From positions 32,001 through 96,000 of the forward strand of contig OY970320.1 of the NCBI GenBank assembly GCA_963716745.1: DNA of 64,000 nucleotides. The letters run 5' to 3'. A program made the position numbers and the translations under genes. Positions 38,820-50,010 of the stretch are shown in pieces (within the stretch, counting starts at the first letter, position 1; each line of letters begins with the position of its first letter). The stretch comes from an uncultured Gemmatimonadaceae bacterium (GTDB taxonomy: Bacteria > Gemmatimonadota > Gemmatimonadetes > Gemmatimonadales > Gemmatimonadaceae). A model generated the notes under the pieces. It saw only the letters and a program-made list of their open reading frames with translations. It made no database searches and was not told the origin of the DNA.

Positions 38820-40025
38820 ATGCCCTTCGAGTTCGAAGAGAACACCTCGCAAAGCGCCCGCATGAAGGTGGTGGGTGTCGGTGGCGGCGGCGGCAATGCC
38901 GTGAACCGGATGATCGAGGAACATCTCAGCGGCGTCGAGTTCATCTCCGTCAACACCGACGCGCAGGCGCTGCTCGCATTGAAGTCTGATGTGAAACTCC
39001 AGATCGGCAAGAAGCTCACGCGCGGTCTCGGCGCCGGCGCGCGGCCCGAGATCGGCCGCCAGGCGATCGAAGAGAATCGCGAAGAGGTCGAGCGGATCCT
39101 CCAGGACGCCGACCTCGTTTTCGTCACGTGCGGCATGGGCGGCGGCACCGGCACCGGCGCGGCGCCCGTGATCTGCGAGATCGCGAAATCCTGCGGCGCG
39201 CTCACCATCGGCATCGTCACCAAACCGTTCCTCTTCGAGGGACGGAAGCGGATGCGTCAGGCCGAAATGGGCATCGCCGACATGCGCGGACTCGTGGACG
39301 CGATGATCGTCGTGCCGAACGAGCGCTTGCTCGCCGTGGTCGGGAAGGGGATCCCGATCGGCGACGCGCTCAAGAAGGCCGACGAAGTGCTGCTGCACGC
39401 GACGCAGGGCATCTCGAGCCTCATCAGCGTCATCGGTCTCGTGAACGTCGACTTCGCCGATGTGCGCACGGTCATGGCCAACGGCGGCTCCGCGCTCATG
39501 GGCACGGGCATCGGCCGCGGCGAGAATCGCGCGATGGAAGCGGCGCAGCAGGCGATCTCGTCGCCGTTGCTCGACAACGTGTCGATCGCGGGCGCCACCG
39601 GCGTGCTCGTGAACATCACCGGCGGCACCGATCTCACGCTCGGCGAAGTGCACCAGGTGAACGAGATCATCCACGATGCCGTGGGCGACGACGCCGAGAT
39701 CATCTTCGGTGCGGTGAACGAACCGGCGATGCAGGGCGAGATCCGCGTGACGGTGATCGCCACCGGCTTCGACCGCTCCTTCGACTCTGCGGCGCCCGAC
39801 TCGTCGGCGCGCGGCGGACAGACGCCGGTGATCCCGTTCCCGCGCCCCGCGACGCGCACCGGCACCATGGGCGCGGCGGGTATGCCCAGCGCGCGGCCGT
39901 CGGTCGAGCCGCAGCGCCGCACGGGTACCGGTCCGAGTGCGCCCAGTTCGCTCTCGTCGCCGGACAAGGCGACGGATGTGAACGACATGGAGATCCCGAC
40001 GTTCATTCGCCGGCAGATGGACTGA
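38820..40025 (+). CDS. ftsZ: Cell division protein FtsZ
   Basis: [28 protein letters not shown]-terminal [11 protein letters not shown]. Confidence 0.98.
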   Translation: MPFEFEENTSQSARMKVVGVGGGGGNAVNRMIEEHLSGVEFISVNTDAQALLALKSDVKLQIGKKLTRGLGAGARPEIGRQAIEENREEVERILQDADLVFVTCGMGGGTGTGAAPVICEIAKSCGALTIGIVTKPFLFEGRKRMRQAEMGIADMRGLVDAMIVVPNERLLAVVGKGIPIGDALKKADEVLLHATQGISSLISVIGLVNVDFADVRTVMANGGSALMGTGIGRGENRAMEAAQQAISSPLLDNVSIAGATGVLVNITGGTDLTLGEVHQVNEIIHDAVGDDAEIIFGAVNEPAMQGEIRVTVIATGFDRSFDSAAPDSSARGGQTPVIPFPRPATRTGTMGAAGMPSARPSVEPQRRTGTGPSAPSSLSSPDKATDVNDMEIPTFIRRQMD

Positions 40026-40078
40026 GCTTCACGCGCCGGCCGGGAACGGCCGCCGCGCCCGAAGGGTAGCTTCTCCCC

Positions 40079-41869
40079 ATGCTCGTCTGGGCCCTTTCCG
40101 CGATCGCGGGCGTCGCGCTCGCGCTCTTCTCGTATCGAGGGCGCATCGCGCCGCCGGTCGTCTTACGCGCGCTCGCGCTCACACTCGTGATCGCGCTCGC
40201 GGCCGGCGCACCTGCGCGTCCGCCGCGGCCACCCGCGCCGCTCGTCGCGCTCGACGTGTCGTCGAGCATGCGGCGCGGCGGCGACAGCGCGCTCTGGCGC
40301 GCGGCGCTCGCTCGCGTGAAAGCACTCGCCCCGGACACGCTCTGGCTCTTCGGCGATTCGTCGCGCGCCGGCAGTGCGCTCGCCGTGCCGTCGGATGCAT
40401 TGACGCGCGCGCTCGGCGTCGTCGACCGCGCACGCGCTGCCGGCCGGCCCGTGGTGCTCATTTCCGATGGCGAGGTGGACGACGCGGCGCAGCTCGGCGC
40501 ACTGCCGGCCGGCTCACGCGTGGAGCTGATCGCGCGAGCCCCGCTCCGCGACGCGGCGGTGACGGAGATCGAAGCGCCATCCCGCGCGGTGGCGGGCGAT
40601 ACGATCGCGATGCGGATCACGGTGCGCACCGCCGCGGGCGCGGTGCCGCACGCCGTGCTAAGCGTGCGTGCCGGAAGCCGCCTGCTCGTCGATGCGGTTG
40701 TGGACTCGATGGGAGCCGACGCGGAGCGGGTGATCGCGGTGCGCGTGGCCGTCCCCACGGTGCCCGGCGCCGCGCTGCTCACGGCGTCCATCGCCGCGCC
40801 GGGCGACGCCGAGGCGCGCAACGACAGCGCAAGCGTCACGCTCGAGGTGGCGCGCGCAGAGGGCGCCGTGTTCGTCTCGTCTGCGCCCGATGAGGAGATC
40901 CGTTATCTCGTGCCGGTGTTGCGCGGTGCGCTCGCGCTTCCGGCGCGCGGCTTCTATCGCGTGGCGCCGGGCGCGTGGCGGCGCGAAGGCACGCTCGCGC
41001 CGGTGCCCGAGAGTGAGGTGCGCGCGGCGCTGCGCGCGGCGCCGCTCGCGATCGTCCACGGCGACACCGCGATCCTGGGCGCGCCGCGCGTCGCGGCGTC
41101 GGGAGCGCTGCTACTCATGCCCGAGGGGAATCCCGTGCCGGGCGAGTGGTACGTGTCGGCCGCGCCGGCATCGCCGGTCGCGGCGGCGCTCGCCGGCGTG
41201 CCATGGGACAGCGTGCCTCCACTCGCGGTGCCCGACGTCGCGCCCGATGGCGAATGGGTGGCGCTCGCCGTCGCGCGCGCGCGTCGGTACGATCCGCGAG
41301 CGGCGATCGCGGGATCGGATCGTTCACGGCGCGTGGTGATCGCCGCCGCGATGGGCAGTTGGCGCTGGAAGTTCCGCGGCGGCGCGAGTGCGGCGGCGTA
41401 TGACGCGCTGTGGGGCGGTATAGTGGATTGGCTGGCAGCGGAACGCCGCGATCCGCGCGCCGCGGCGCCCGTAAGCGGACTCCTGCGCGCGGGCGAGCCG
41501 GTGCGGTGGCGGCGCGGCGGCAGCACGAGATCGCCCGAGGTGACCGTCGTCGCGAAGCGCCGCGGTGCGACGCGCGCCGATACGCTCGTGCTCCACTTCG
41601 CTCCGGATGCGATCTTCGCCGAGAGTGCGCCGATGGAGCCGGGCGTATACGACCTCACGGTGCCTGGGGGCGCGGCCGTGCTGGCGGTGAACGCGTCGCG
41701 CGAATGGCTGCCTCGCACCTCCGTGTTGCTTGCGGGTACAACCGTGCCGGGTGACTCGCCATTGCACGGCGATGCGCCACCGCTGCGCGACCGGGGATGG
41801 CCATATCTTCTGGCGATCGCCGCGCTGTGTTCCGAATGGATCCTCCGGCGGCGTGCCGGGCTGCGTTGA
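40079..41869 (+). CDS. Membrane protein, possible degenerate vWA and Ig-like domains
   Basis: N-terminal TMs, LDVSSSM and VLISDG vWA-like motifs, C-terminal TM + EWILRRRAGL. Confidence 0.6.
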   Translation: MLVWALSAIAGVALALFSYRGRIAPPVVLRALALTLVIALAAGAPARPPRPPAPLVALDVSSSMRRGGDSALWRAALARVKALAPDTLWLFGDSSRAGSALAVPSDALTRALGVVDRARAAGRPVVLISDGEVDDAAQLGALPAGSRVELIARAPLRDAAVTEIEAPSRAVAGDTIAMRITVRTAAGAVPHAVLSVRAGSRLLVDAVVDSMGADAERVIAVRVAVPTVPGAALLTASIAAPGDAEARNDSASVTLEVARAEGAVFVSSAPDEEIRYLVPVLRGALALPARGFYRVAPGAWRREGTLAPVPESEVRAALRAAPLAIVHGDTAILGAPRVAASGALLLMPEGNPVPGEWYVSAAPASPVAAALAGVPWDSVPPLAVPDVAPDGEWVALAVARARRYDPRAAIAGSDRSRRVVIAAAMGSWRWKFRGGASAAAYDALWGGIVDWLAAERRDPRAAAPVSGLLRAGEPVRWRRGGSTRSPEVTVVAKRRGATRADTLVLHFAPDAIFAESAPMEPGVYDLTVPGGAAVLAVNASREWLPRTSVLLAGTTVPGDSPLHGDAPPLRDRGWPYLLAIAALCSEWILRRRAGLR

Positions 41870-41889
41870 CCCTCACCCGCTCACCCCAA

Positions 41890-42825
41890 TTGGCCCGTAT
41901 TCAGCGCCGAGCCGGCGACCTCCCGACCCGATCGTTCTGGCAGCGCCTCAAGGACACCGCGCGGCTCGACGTGGGCGCGCTGGTGCGTGGCGAGCGCGTC
42001 GCCGGCTCGCTCGAACTGCTCGAAATGCTGCTGCTCGAAGCGGACTTCGGCGTGCCGGTGAGCGTGCGCCTCGTGGCGGGCGTGGAAGCGCGCGCGAAGC
42101 GCGGTGAGTTGCGGAGCGACGACGAATTCCGGGCGGCCCTCGGCGACGCGATCGAGAGCGCGCTGCGCGCTGGCAAGAGCGATCCGGCGATCGCCGTTGC
42201 CGCCGCGGCGCCGACGGTGATCTTGATCGTTGGCGTGAACGGATCAGGGAAGACGACGTTCATCGGCAAGCTCGCGGCGCGGCTGGCGGCGGAAGGGAAG
42301 TCGGTGCTCGTCGCGGCGGGCGACACCTATCGCGCGGGCGCGATCGACCAGTTGCGCCTCTGGGCGGAGCGCGCTGGCGCGCAGTTCGTCGGCAGTACGC
42401 CGGGCGGCGATCCGGCCGCCGTCGCCTGGGCGGCGCTCGACGCGGCCGCCGCTCGGGGCATCGACGTCGTGATCATCGATACCGCGGGGCGACTGCACAC
42501 GCAGAACGATCTCATGGTCGAACTCAAGAAGGTCGCGACGGTGGTGGCGAAGCGGCTCCCCGGGGCGCCGCACGAAACCCTGCTCGTGCTCGATGGCACG
42601 ATCGGCCAGAACGCGGTGGCGCAGGCGAAGGCATTCGCCGAGGCCGTGCCAGTCACTGGCGTCGTCGTGACGAAGATGGATGGCACGGCGAAGGGCGGGA
42701 TCGTGCTCGCGGTGCACGAAGCGCTCGACGTGCCGGTGAAGTTCGTAGGCGTCGGCGAGCAGGCCGCGGACCTCGAGCCGTTCGATGCCGCGCGCTACGC
42801 CGCGGAGCTCGTGCGCGCCGACTGA
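41890..42825 (+). CDS. ftsY: SRP receptor FtsY (short, NG domain only)
   Basis: GVNGSGKTT, DTYRAGA, DTAGR, TKMDGTAKGG, GVGE; TTG start inferred. Confidence 0.94.
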   Translation: MARIQRRAGDLPTRSFWQRLKDTARLDVGALVRGERVAGSLELLEMLLLEADFGVPVSVRLVAGVEARAKRGELRSDDEFRAALGDAIESALRAGKSDPAIAVAAAAPTVILIVGVNGSGKTTFIGKLAARLAAEGKSVLVAAGDTYRAGAIDQLRLWAERAGAQFVGSTPGGDPAAVAWAALDAAAARGIDVVIIDTAGRLHTQNDLMVELKKVATVVAKRLPGAPHETLLVLDGTIGQNAVAQAKAFAEAVPVTGVVVTKMDGTAKGGIVLAVHEALDVPVKFVGVGEQAADLEPFDAARYAAELVRAD

Positions 42826-44919
42826 TGCCGCCGCGTGAGGCCGCGCCGCGTCCGGCGCTCGCCCTCGACACTGGCGTCCGGTACCTCAAGGGCGTGGGCG
42901 AGGTGCGCGCCGGCCAGTTGATGCGGCTCGGTCTTCGCACCGCCGGCGATCTGCTCTACCACCTGCCGCACCGCTATGAGGACGCGACCACGGTCACGCC
43001 CATCGCGCGCCTCGCCACCGGCATGGACGTCACGATCATCGGAACGGTGATCTCCAAGGGGATCATCCCCACCCGCAAGGCGCTGCGCGTGTTCCAGGCG
43101 GTGGTGCGCGACGACAGCGGCATGATCGAGGTCGCGTGGCCCGGGCAGCCCTTCCTCGACCGCGTCATCCAGAAGGAGGACGTGCTGCTGCTCACGGGCC
43201 CGGTGCGCTTCTACCATGGGCGCCAGCTCGCGCCGCGCGAGTTCGTGAACCTCGGCGCGAACGCCGAGGGAACGAGTGGCGGGCGCGTGCTCGCGGTGTA
43301 TCCGGCCACCGAGGGGCTGTCGTTCAAGCAGATCCGCACGCTCATCGAGACGCATCTCGACGCGCTGCTGCCGCTCGCGCGCGAATGGCTGCCCGCGCCT
43401 CTGCTCGCGGCGGCAGGCGTCCCGGCGCTGCCCGAGGCGCTGCGCATGGTGCATCGCCCAACGTCGGTGGCGGAGGCGCACCGCGGGCGCAGCCGGTTCG
43501 CGTTCGAGGAACTCTTTGCGGTGCAGCTGCTGCATCATCGCGCCCGGGCGCTCGCACGCGAACAGCGCGACGGCATCCGCTTCGTGAACCGCCGCGAACT
43601 CACGACGCGGCTGAAGGCGACGCTCCCCTTCGCGCTCACCGGCGCTCAGACGCGCGTGACGCGCGAGATCTTCGCCGACATGTGCAGCGAGCGCCGCATG
43701 CACCGGCTGCTCCAGGGCGACGTCGGGAGCGGCAAGACGATCGTCGCGCTTTTCGCAGCGCTGCTCGCGGTGGAGAACGGCATGCAAGCGGCGTTCATGG
43801 CGCCCACCGAACTGCTCGCCGAGCAGCACGCGCGCAATTTCGAGCGCTTGCTCGATCCGCTCGGGATGCGCCCCGTGCTGCTCACCGGATCGCTCGGGAC
43901 GGCGGAGCGGAAGGAGGCCGAGGCCCGCCTCGCCGAGCGCGGCGCCGCTCGTGGCGGTGGGCACGCACGCGCTCGTGCAACAGCACACGGCATTCGGCCG
44001 GCTCGGCCTCGCGGTGATCGACGAGCAGCATCGCTTCGGCGTGGAGCAGCGCGCGGCGCTCGGCGAGAAGGGGAAGCGCCCCGACGTGCTGTTGCTCAGC
44101 GCGACGCCCATTCCGCGGTCGCTCGCGCTCACGATCTACGGCGATCTGGATGTGAGCACGCTCGACGAGCGGCCGCCCGGGCGCCACCCGGTACGCACCG
44201 CGATGCGTCCCGCCAAGGCGCGCGGCAGCGTGATGGATTTCGTGGACGCCGAGGTCGGACGCGGACGGCAGGCGTACATCGTGTATCCGGTGATCGAGGA
44301 ATCGGAGACGCGCGATCTCAAGGCTGCCACGAGCATGGCCAAGTCGCTCGCGGCCGGCGTGTTCGCGGCGCGGCGCGTGGCGCTGTTGCACGGCAAGATC
44401 CCGGCCGTGGAGCGCGACGCGATCATGCGGCAGTTCCGCGACGGCGCGATCGACGTGCTCGTCGCGACCACGGTGATCGAAGTGGGCATCGATGTGCCGA
44501 ACGCCACCGTGATGATCGTGGAGCATCCGGAGCGCTTCGGTCTCTCGCAGTTGCATCAATTGCGCGGCCGCGTGGGGCGCGGCGCGGAGGCGAGCTGGTG
44601 CGTGCTGCTCGGCGACGTGAGCCCCGACGTGCATGAGCGGCTGCGCGTGTTCGTGGAGACCGACGACGGCTTCGAGATCGCGCGCGAGGACTTGAGCCGC
44701 CGCGGGATGGGCGACCTCTTCGGCGAGCGCCAGCACGGAGAGGCGATGTTCAAGATCGCGGACCCGATACGGGATACGGAACTCAACGCGCTCGCGACCA
44801 CCGCGGCGGCTGAGCTGCTCGCGAAGGATCCAGGCCTGGCATCCCCCGAGCACGCCGAGCTTCGCCGGAGGCTTGGTGAGCGCTATGCTCGCGCCATCGA
44901 ACTATTTCGCGTGGGGTAG
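42825..44919 (+). CDS. recG: ATP-dependent DNA helicase RecG (apparent frameshift at ~43940)
   Basis: LKGVG, QGDVGSGKT, APTELLAEQH; then DEQHRFG, SATPIPR, QLHQLRGRVGRG. Confidence 0.95.
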
Positions 44920-44930
44920 TCGCGGTTCCG

Positions 44931-45009
44931 ATCATGTCAATCCTGTTAATCCTGTCCAATGCTTTTTTCGGTGAACTGCATTGGACAGGATGAACAAGAT
45001 TGACATGAT
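44931..45009. repeat. AT-rich inverted repeat built of 9-mer units
   Basis: ATCATGTCA-ATCCTGTTA-ATCCTGTCC-AATGC / 15-nt loop / reverse arm; 30/32 complementary. Confidence 0.88.
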
Positions 45010-45025
45010 GTGAACGGCAACAGCG

Positions 45026-45054
45026 TTGAAGTACTCCTGGCAGAGGACTACCTT
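45026..45054 (+). promoter_or_regulatory. Putative sigma70 promoter for asnS
   Basis: TTGAAG-17nt-TACCTT; the -10 ends 12 nt before the asnS ATG. Confidence 0.5.
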
Positions 45055-45066
45055 CCCCGATCCTAT

Positions 45067-46369
45067 ATGACAACGACATTCGCGCGTATCGATGAATTGA
45101 AGGATCATGCCGGCACCACGGTCACGGTGCGCGGCTGGGTGTCCCATCTCCGGTCGTCGGGGAAGATCGCGTTCATCGTCCTGCGCGACGGCACCGGGCT
45201 GTTGCAGTGCGTCGTCGTGAAGAGCGAAGTGAGCGCCGACGTCTGGGAGCGGTTCGGTGCGCTCACGATCGAATCGTCGGCCGCGGTCACCGGTGCGGTG
45301 CGCGCCGATGCGCGAGCGCCGGGCGGATTCGAGCTCGGCGTCTCGGCGCTCACGATCGTGGGCGCGAGTGCCGCTCGACTATCCGATCCAGCCGAAGGAA
45401 CACGGCGTCGATTTCCTGCTCGACAATCGCCACCTGTGGCTGCGGGCGCAGCGGCAGCGCGCCATCGCGCGCGTGCGCAACGAGGTGGAGCAGGCGATCC
45501 ACGATTTCTTCTATGAGCGCGGCTTCCTGCGCGTAGACACGCCGATCCTCACAGCGGCCATCGGCGAGCGATCCGGTCTGTTCGCCACCGAATACTTCGA
45601 CGAGGGGAACGCGTACCTCGCGCAGACTGGTCAGCTGTACGGCGAGGCGGCGGCCGCGGCGTGGGGGAAGATCTACACCTTCGGCCCCACGTTCCGCGCC
45701 GAGAAATCCAAGACGCGCCGGCATCTCACCGAATTCTGGATGATCGAGCCGGAGGTCGCGTGGAATGATTCGAATGACAACATGCGCCTGCAGGAAGACT
45801 TCGTCAGCTATCTCGTGCAGCGTGCGCTCGAGCGTTGCCCTGCGGAACTCAAGGAGCTCGAGCGCGACACCTCGCACCTGGTCAAGATCAAGCCGCCCTT
45901 CCCGCGACTGAACTACACCGACGCGATCGCGCTCGTGCAGAAGAAGGGGAGCACGACGCAATGGGGCGAGGACCTCGGTGCCGAGGATGAAGCGCTGATC
46001 GTCGCGGACTACGACCGGCCGGTGTTCGTGTTCAACTATCCGAAGGAGGCCAAGGCCTTCTACATGAAGGAGAACCCGGACGATCCGCGCACGGTGCTCT
46101 GCGATGACCTGCTCGCGCCCGAGGGATACGGCGAGATCATTGGCGGCAGCCAGCGCGAGGACGATCACGACAAGCTCGTCGCGCGCATCGAGGCCGAGAG
46201 ACTCCCGATGGACGCGTACGGCTGGTATCTCGATCTCCGGAAGTACGGCACGTTCACGCACGCCGGCTTCGGACTGGGTCTCGAGCGCACGGTCAGCTGG
46301 ATCTGCGGATTGCCGCATCTCCGCGAAGCGATCGCGTTCCCGAGGATGATGAATCGACTGCGTCCATAG
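45067..46369 (+). CDS. asnS: Asparagine--tRNA ligase (apparent frameshift at ~45370)
   Basis: [20 protein letters not shown] fold; [41 protein letters not shown]. Confidence 0.95.
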
Positions 46370-46372
46370 GGC

Positions 46373-46481
46373 GCGGGAAGCGGGAAGCGGGAAGCGGGAA
46401 GCGCCGCGGGAGGCGATGGCATGGGGGAGCACCCCGTTCGTTCTCGCTTCCCGCGGCGCTTCCCGCTTCCCGCTTGCCGCG
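46373..46481. repeat. (GCGGGAA)x4 heptamer array with inverted counterpart; probable bidirectional terminator between asnS and mazG
   Basis: Left arm 46373-46416; right arm ~46444-46481 (TTCCCGC units). Confidence 0.8.
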
Positions 46482-46484
46482 TAC

Positions 46485-47276
46485 TTATTCGGAGAGCTTC
46501 ACCTCGTCCCACAGCACGTCGAGCTCCGCGAGCGTCGCCTCGCCCATGACGATCCCTCGCGATTTCGCGAGCGCTTCGAGCTTTTCGAATCGCGCCACGA
46601 ATTTCTCGTTCGCGCGGTCGAGCGCCACCGACGCGTGAACGCCGGCCCGGCGCGCGAGATTCACGGCCGCGAACAGCAAGTCGCCGATCTCGAGCTCCAG
46701 CGCGCGGTGCGCCTCGTCGTACACCGGGCTCGCGTCCACGCCGTCGGTGCGCTGCGTCGGCGGATGAGCAGCCAGATGCTCGCGCACTTCGGCGAGTTCC
46801 TCTTCCACCTTCGCGGCGGGGCCGGCGGTGTCGTTCCAGTCGAAGCCCACGCCGGCGGCGCGTTCCTGAAGGCGATGCGCGCGGTGCAGGGCGGGGAGCC
46901 CGGCCGGCAGCCCCTCGGCGATCGACGCGCGCGACTTGGACTTCATCTTCTCCCACGGCTCGCGCGCGCCGCCGCCATACAGGTGCGGATGACGCCGCTG
47001 CATCTTCGCGATGAGCGCGCGCGGCACGTCGAGCGCCTGGAATTCGCCGGCACCTTCCGCGATCACCGCGTGGAAGAGCACCTGCAGCAAGAGGTCGCCC
47101 AGTTCATCGCGCATCGGGCCGGCGTCGCCCGCGCGGATCGCGTCGTCCAGCTCGTGCGCTTCCTCGATCAGGTACGGCCGCAGCGAGTCGTGCGTCTGCG
47201 CGCGGTCCCATTCGCACCGCGCGCGCAGGTCGCGCATCATCGCGAGCGCGTCGTCGAATGTCGGATTATCTTCCAT
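46485..47276 (-). CDS. mazG: Nucleoside triphosphate pyrophosphohydrolase MazG
   Basis: CEWDRAQT..SLRPYLIEE..E, DELGDLL, GFDW, EIGDLLF; AGGAGG RBS on the - strand. Confidence 0.93.
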   Translation of the reverse strand: MEDNPTFDDALAMMRDLRARCEWDRAQTHDSLRPYLIEEAHELDDAIRAGDAGPMRDELGDLLLQVLFHAVIAEGAGEFQALDVPRALIAKMQRRHPHLYGGGAREPWEKMKSKSRASIAEGLPAGLPALHRAHRLQERAAGVGFDWNDTAGPAAKVEEELAEVREHLAAHPPTQRTDGVDASPVYDEAHRALELEIGDLLFAAVNLARRAGVHASVALDRANEKFVARFEKLEALAKSRGIVMGEATLAELDVLWDEVKLSE

Positions 47277-47323
47277 CGCTCCTCCTGAGCCGACATACTA
47301 CCCGTTCGAGCGATGACGCGTCA

Positions 47324-48401
47324 ATGCATACGCACTTGAAACGCGCCTGGGTCGAGATCGACCTCGGCGCGTTGCTGCGGAATGGAGCCGTGATGGCGGC
47401 GCGCGGGGCCGCGCTCATCCCCATGGTGAAGGGAGACGCGTACGGTCTCGGCGCGGTGCGCGTGGCGCGCGCGCTCGACCGCCTCGATCCATGGGGGTTC
47501 GGCGTCGCCACGATCGAGGAGGGCCGTGCGCTGCGCGCGGCGGGCATCGACCGGCCCATCATCGTGTTCACACCGGTGACCGGCTCGGAGCTCGACGACA
47601 TCCGCGCCGCGCGCCTCACGCCGATCCTCGCGCGCGCCGAGGACATCGCAGCATGGCGCGGCACCGGCGGGGGCGAGTGGCAGCTCTCGATCGACACCGG
47701 CATGGGCCGCGACGGCGTGCGGTGGAGCGCGATGGCGAACGTGCTCGCGGAGACCGCGCTCTCCGCGCCGCAGGGCGCGTACACGCACTTCCATTCGTCA
47801 GAGGCGGACGCCGCGTCGGTCGCGGAGCAAGAGCGCCGCTTCGAGAATGGCGCTCGGCAGCCTACGCGTGCGGCCGCGGATGCTCCACACCGAGAATTCG
47901 GCCGCGCTCGCGCGCCGCGATCGCTCGGCGTGGAGTCACGCGCGCCCCGGGATCTTCCTGTATGGCGTGGGGAGCGGGCTTGCGGTGAGAGTGGCGCCTG
48001 AGCCGGTGGTCAGTTTGCGCGCCCGCATCGTGTCGATGCGCACGGTTTCAGCGGGCGATACCGTGAGTTATGACGCCACCTGGCGCGCGGGCGGCGAGCG
48101 CACGATCGCGACCGCCGCGATCGGTTACGCCGACGGCTATCGCCGTGCGTTCAGCGGCAAGGGTGCGGCGCTTCTGGGTGGCCGGCGCGTGTCGGTGGCG
48201 GGCGTGGTCACAATGGACATGACGATGCTCGACGTCACCGGCGTTCCGTGTGCGGTGGGCGATGTCGCGACGTTCATCGGTCGCGATGGCGCGAGCCTGA
48301 TCACCGTCGAAGATGCCGCGGTGCTGGGCGGGCTCTCGCCGTACGAATTGCTCACGGGACTTTCACAGCGCCTCGAGCACAGCTACCGCGAGGCGCCATA
48401 G
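47324..48401 (+). CDS. alr: Alanine racemase (apparent frameshift at ~47850)
   Basis: AWVEIDL, VKGDAYG (PLP Lys), IDTGMGR; then RPGIFLYG, VSY, GYADG, MDMTM. Confidence 0.92.
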
Positions 48402-49566
48402 TGCGCCGCGCGGCGATCGTCGTGCTCGACGGCGTGGGCATCGGCGAGGCGCCCGACGCCGCGGCCTACGGCGACCAGGGCAGCGACACGCTCGGCAACA
48501 TCGCGCGCGCGGTGGGCGGGCTCGATCTGCCCAACCTCGCCGCGGCGGGCCTCGGCCGCATCAAACCGCTCGCGGGAGTGCCCGCGGTGGATCATCCGCG
48601 TGGCGCGTGGGGATCCATGACGCCCCGGTCGCACGGGAAGGACAGCACCACGGGGCATTGGGAGATCGCCGGCCTCGAGCTCGTGCGCGCGTTCCCGACC
48701 TTCCCGCCGGATTCCCGCCGGCGGTCATCGCGGAGTTCGAGAAGCGCACCGGGCGCGGTGTGCTCGCGAACGTCGCGGCGAGCGGCACCGAGATCCTCAT
48801 GCGATTCGGCGAGGAGCACGAACGCACCGGAAAATGGATCGTCTACACGTCGGCCGACTCCGTTTTCCAGGTGGCGGCGCACGAGCGGGTGGTGCCACTC
48901 GATGAGCTGTATCGCGCCTGCGAGACCGCACGGGCGATGCTCGTTGCGCCGCTGGATGTGTCGCGCGTGATCGCCCGCCCGTTCACCGGAGCCGCGGGCG
49001 CGTACGTTCGCACGGCCAACCGGCGGGACTTCTCGATCCCGCCGACGGGTGAGACGCTGCTGGACGCTCTGGCCGCCGCCGGGATCCCGCGCACGGGGGT
49101 CGGCAAGGTGGACGATCTCTTCGCAGGGCGGGGCATCAGCTCGCGCCATACGGCCTCGAACGCCGAGGGCGTGCGGGCGATCTCCGACGCACTTCTTTCG
49201 ATGGAGAGTGGGTTCCTGTTCGCCAACCTAGTAGATTTCGACCAGCTCTGGGGGCACCGGAACGACGTAGCGGGGTTCTATGAGGGACTCCGCGCGTTCG
49301 ACCGCGCCCTCCCATCGCTGGTGCAGCTGCTTCGCGAGGATGATTTGTTCTTTCTGACGGCCGACCACGGCAACGATCCCACCACTCCGACAAGCGATCA
49401 CGCGCGCGAGCGCGTTCCGCTGCTCGCCCTCGGGCCGCGCGTGCGCGCGATCTCGCTGGGCGCGCGCGCGACCTTCGCGGACCTGGGTGCGACGGTCGCT
49501 GAGTGGCTTGGGTTGTCGTTCCGCGGCACGGGCACCTCGTTCCTTGCGCCGCTCGTGGGCGCGTGA
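48401..49566 (+). CDS. deoB: Phosphopentomutase (apparent frameshift at ~48710)
   Basis: [49 protein letters not shown]. Confidence 0.93.
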
Positions 49567-49973
49567 CGGCGGATCCGGGGCTCGACCGTTTGCGCGAGTC
49601 GGCATCGAAAGCGATGCGCGCCGCGTATGCGCCATACTCCGGCTTCCGCGTGGGTGCGGCGCTGGAGGCGCGCGATGGGTCGGTATTCGCGGGCTGCAAC
49701 GTGGAGAACGCGAGCTGGCCCGCGGGGATCTGCGCGGAGCGCGGGGCGGTGGCGGCGGCCGTCGCGTCGGGCGCGCGGCACTTCGCACGGATCGTGATCG
49801 TCACGGAGGCTTCGTCGGCCACGCCGCCGTGCGGGATCTGCCGGCAAGTGCTGGGCGAGCTGGCGCCCGAACTCGAAGTGATCAGTTGCACCCTTGCCGG
49901 GTCGGAGGCGCGCTGGAAGCTGGCGGCACTCCTTCCGCATCCATTCACCGCCGCATCGCTGGGTCGCGCGTGA
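49563..49973 (+). CDS. cdd: Cytidine deaminase (tetrameric type)
   Basis: AYAPYS.FRVGAA, NVENAS, CAER, PCGICRQ. Confidence 0.94.
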   Translation: MTADPGLDRLRESASKAMRAAYAPYSGFRVGAALEARDGSVFAGCNVENASWPAGICAERGAVAAAVASGARHFARIVIVTEASSATPPCGICRQVLGELAPELEVISCTLAGSEARWKLAALLPHPFTAASLGRA

Positions 49974-50010
49974 TCCCGGCTATCACACGATTCGTTCCGG
50001 AGAGTCTGTC

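Noticed and set aside
38377..46481. CRISPR array or IS element at the repeat loci
   Set aside because: The repeats are inverted pairs or short tandem units without repeat-spacer periodicity; no cas or transposase gene is present.
30132..49566. Pseudogenisation or programmed frameshifting of mraY, murG, recG, asnS, alr and deoB
   Set aside because: These are essential or conserved genes, otherwise intact, with no shared slippery motif; sequencing error is far more parsimonious.
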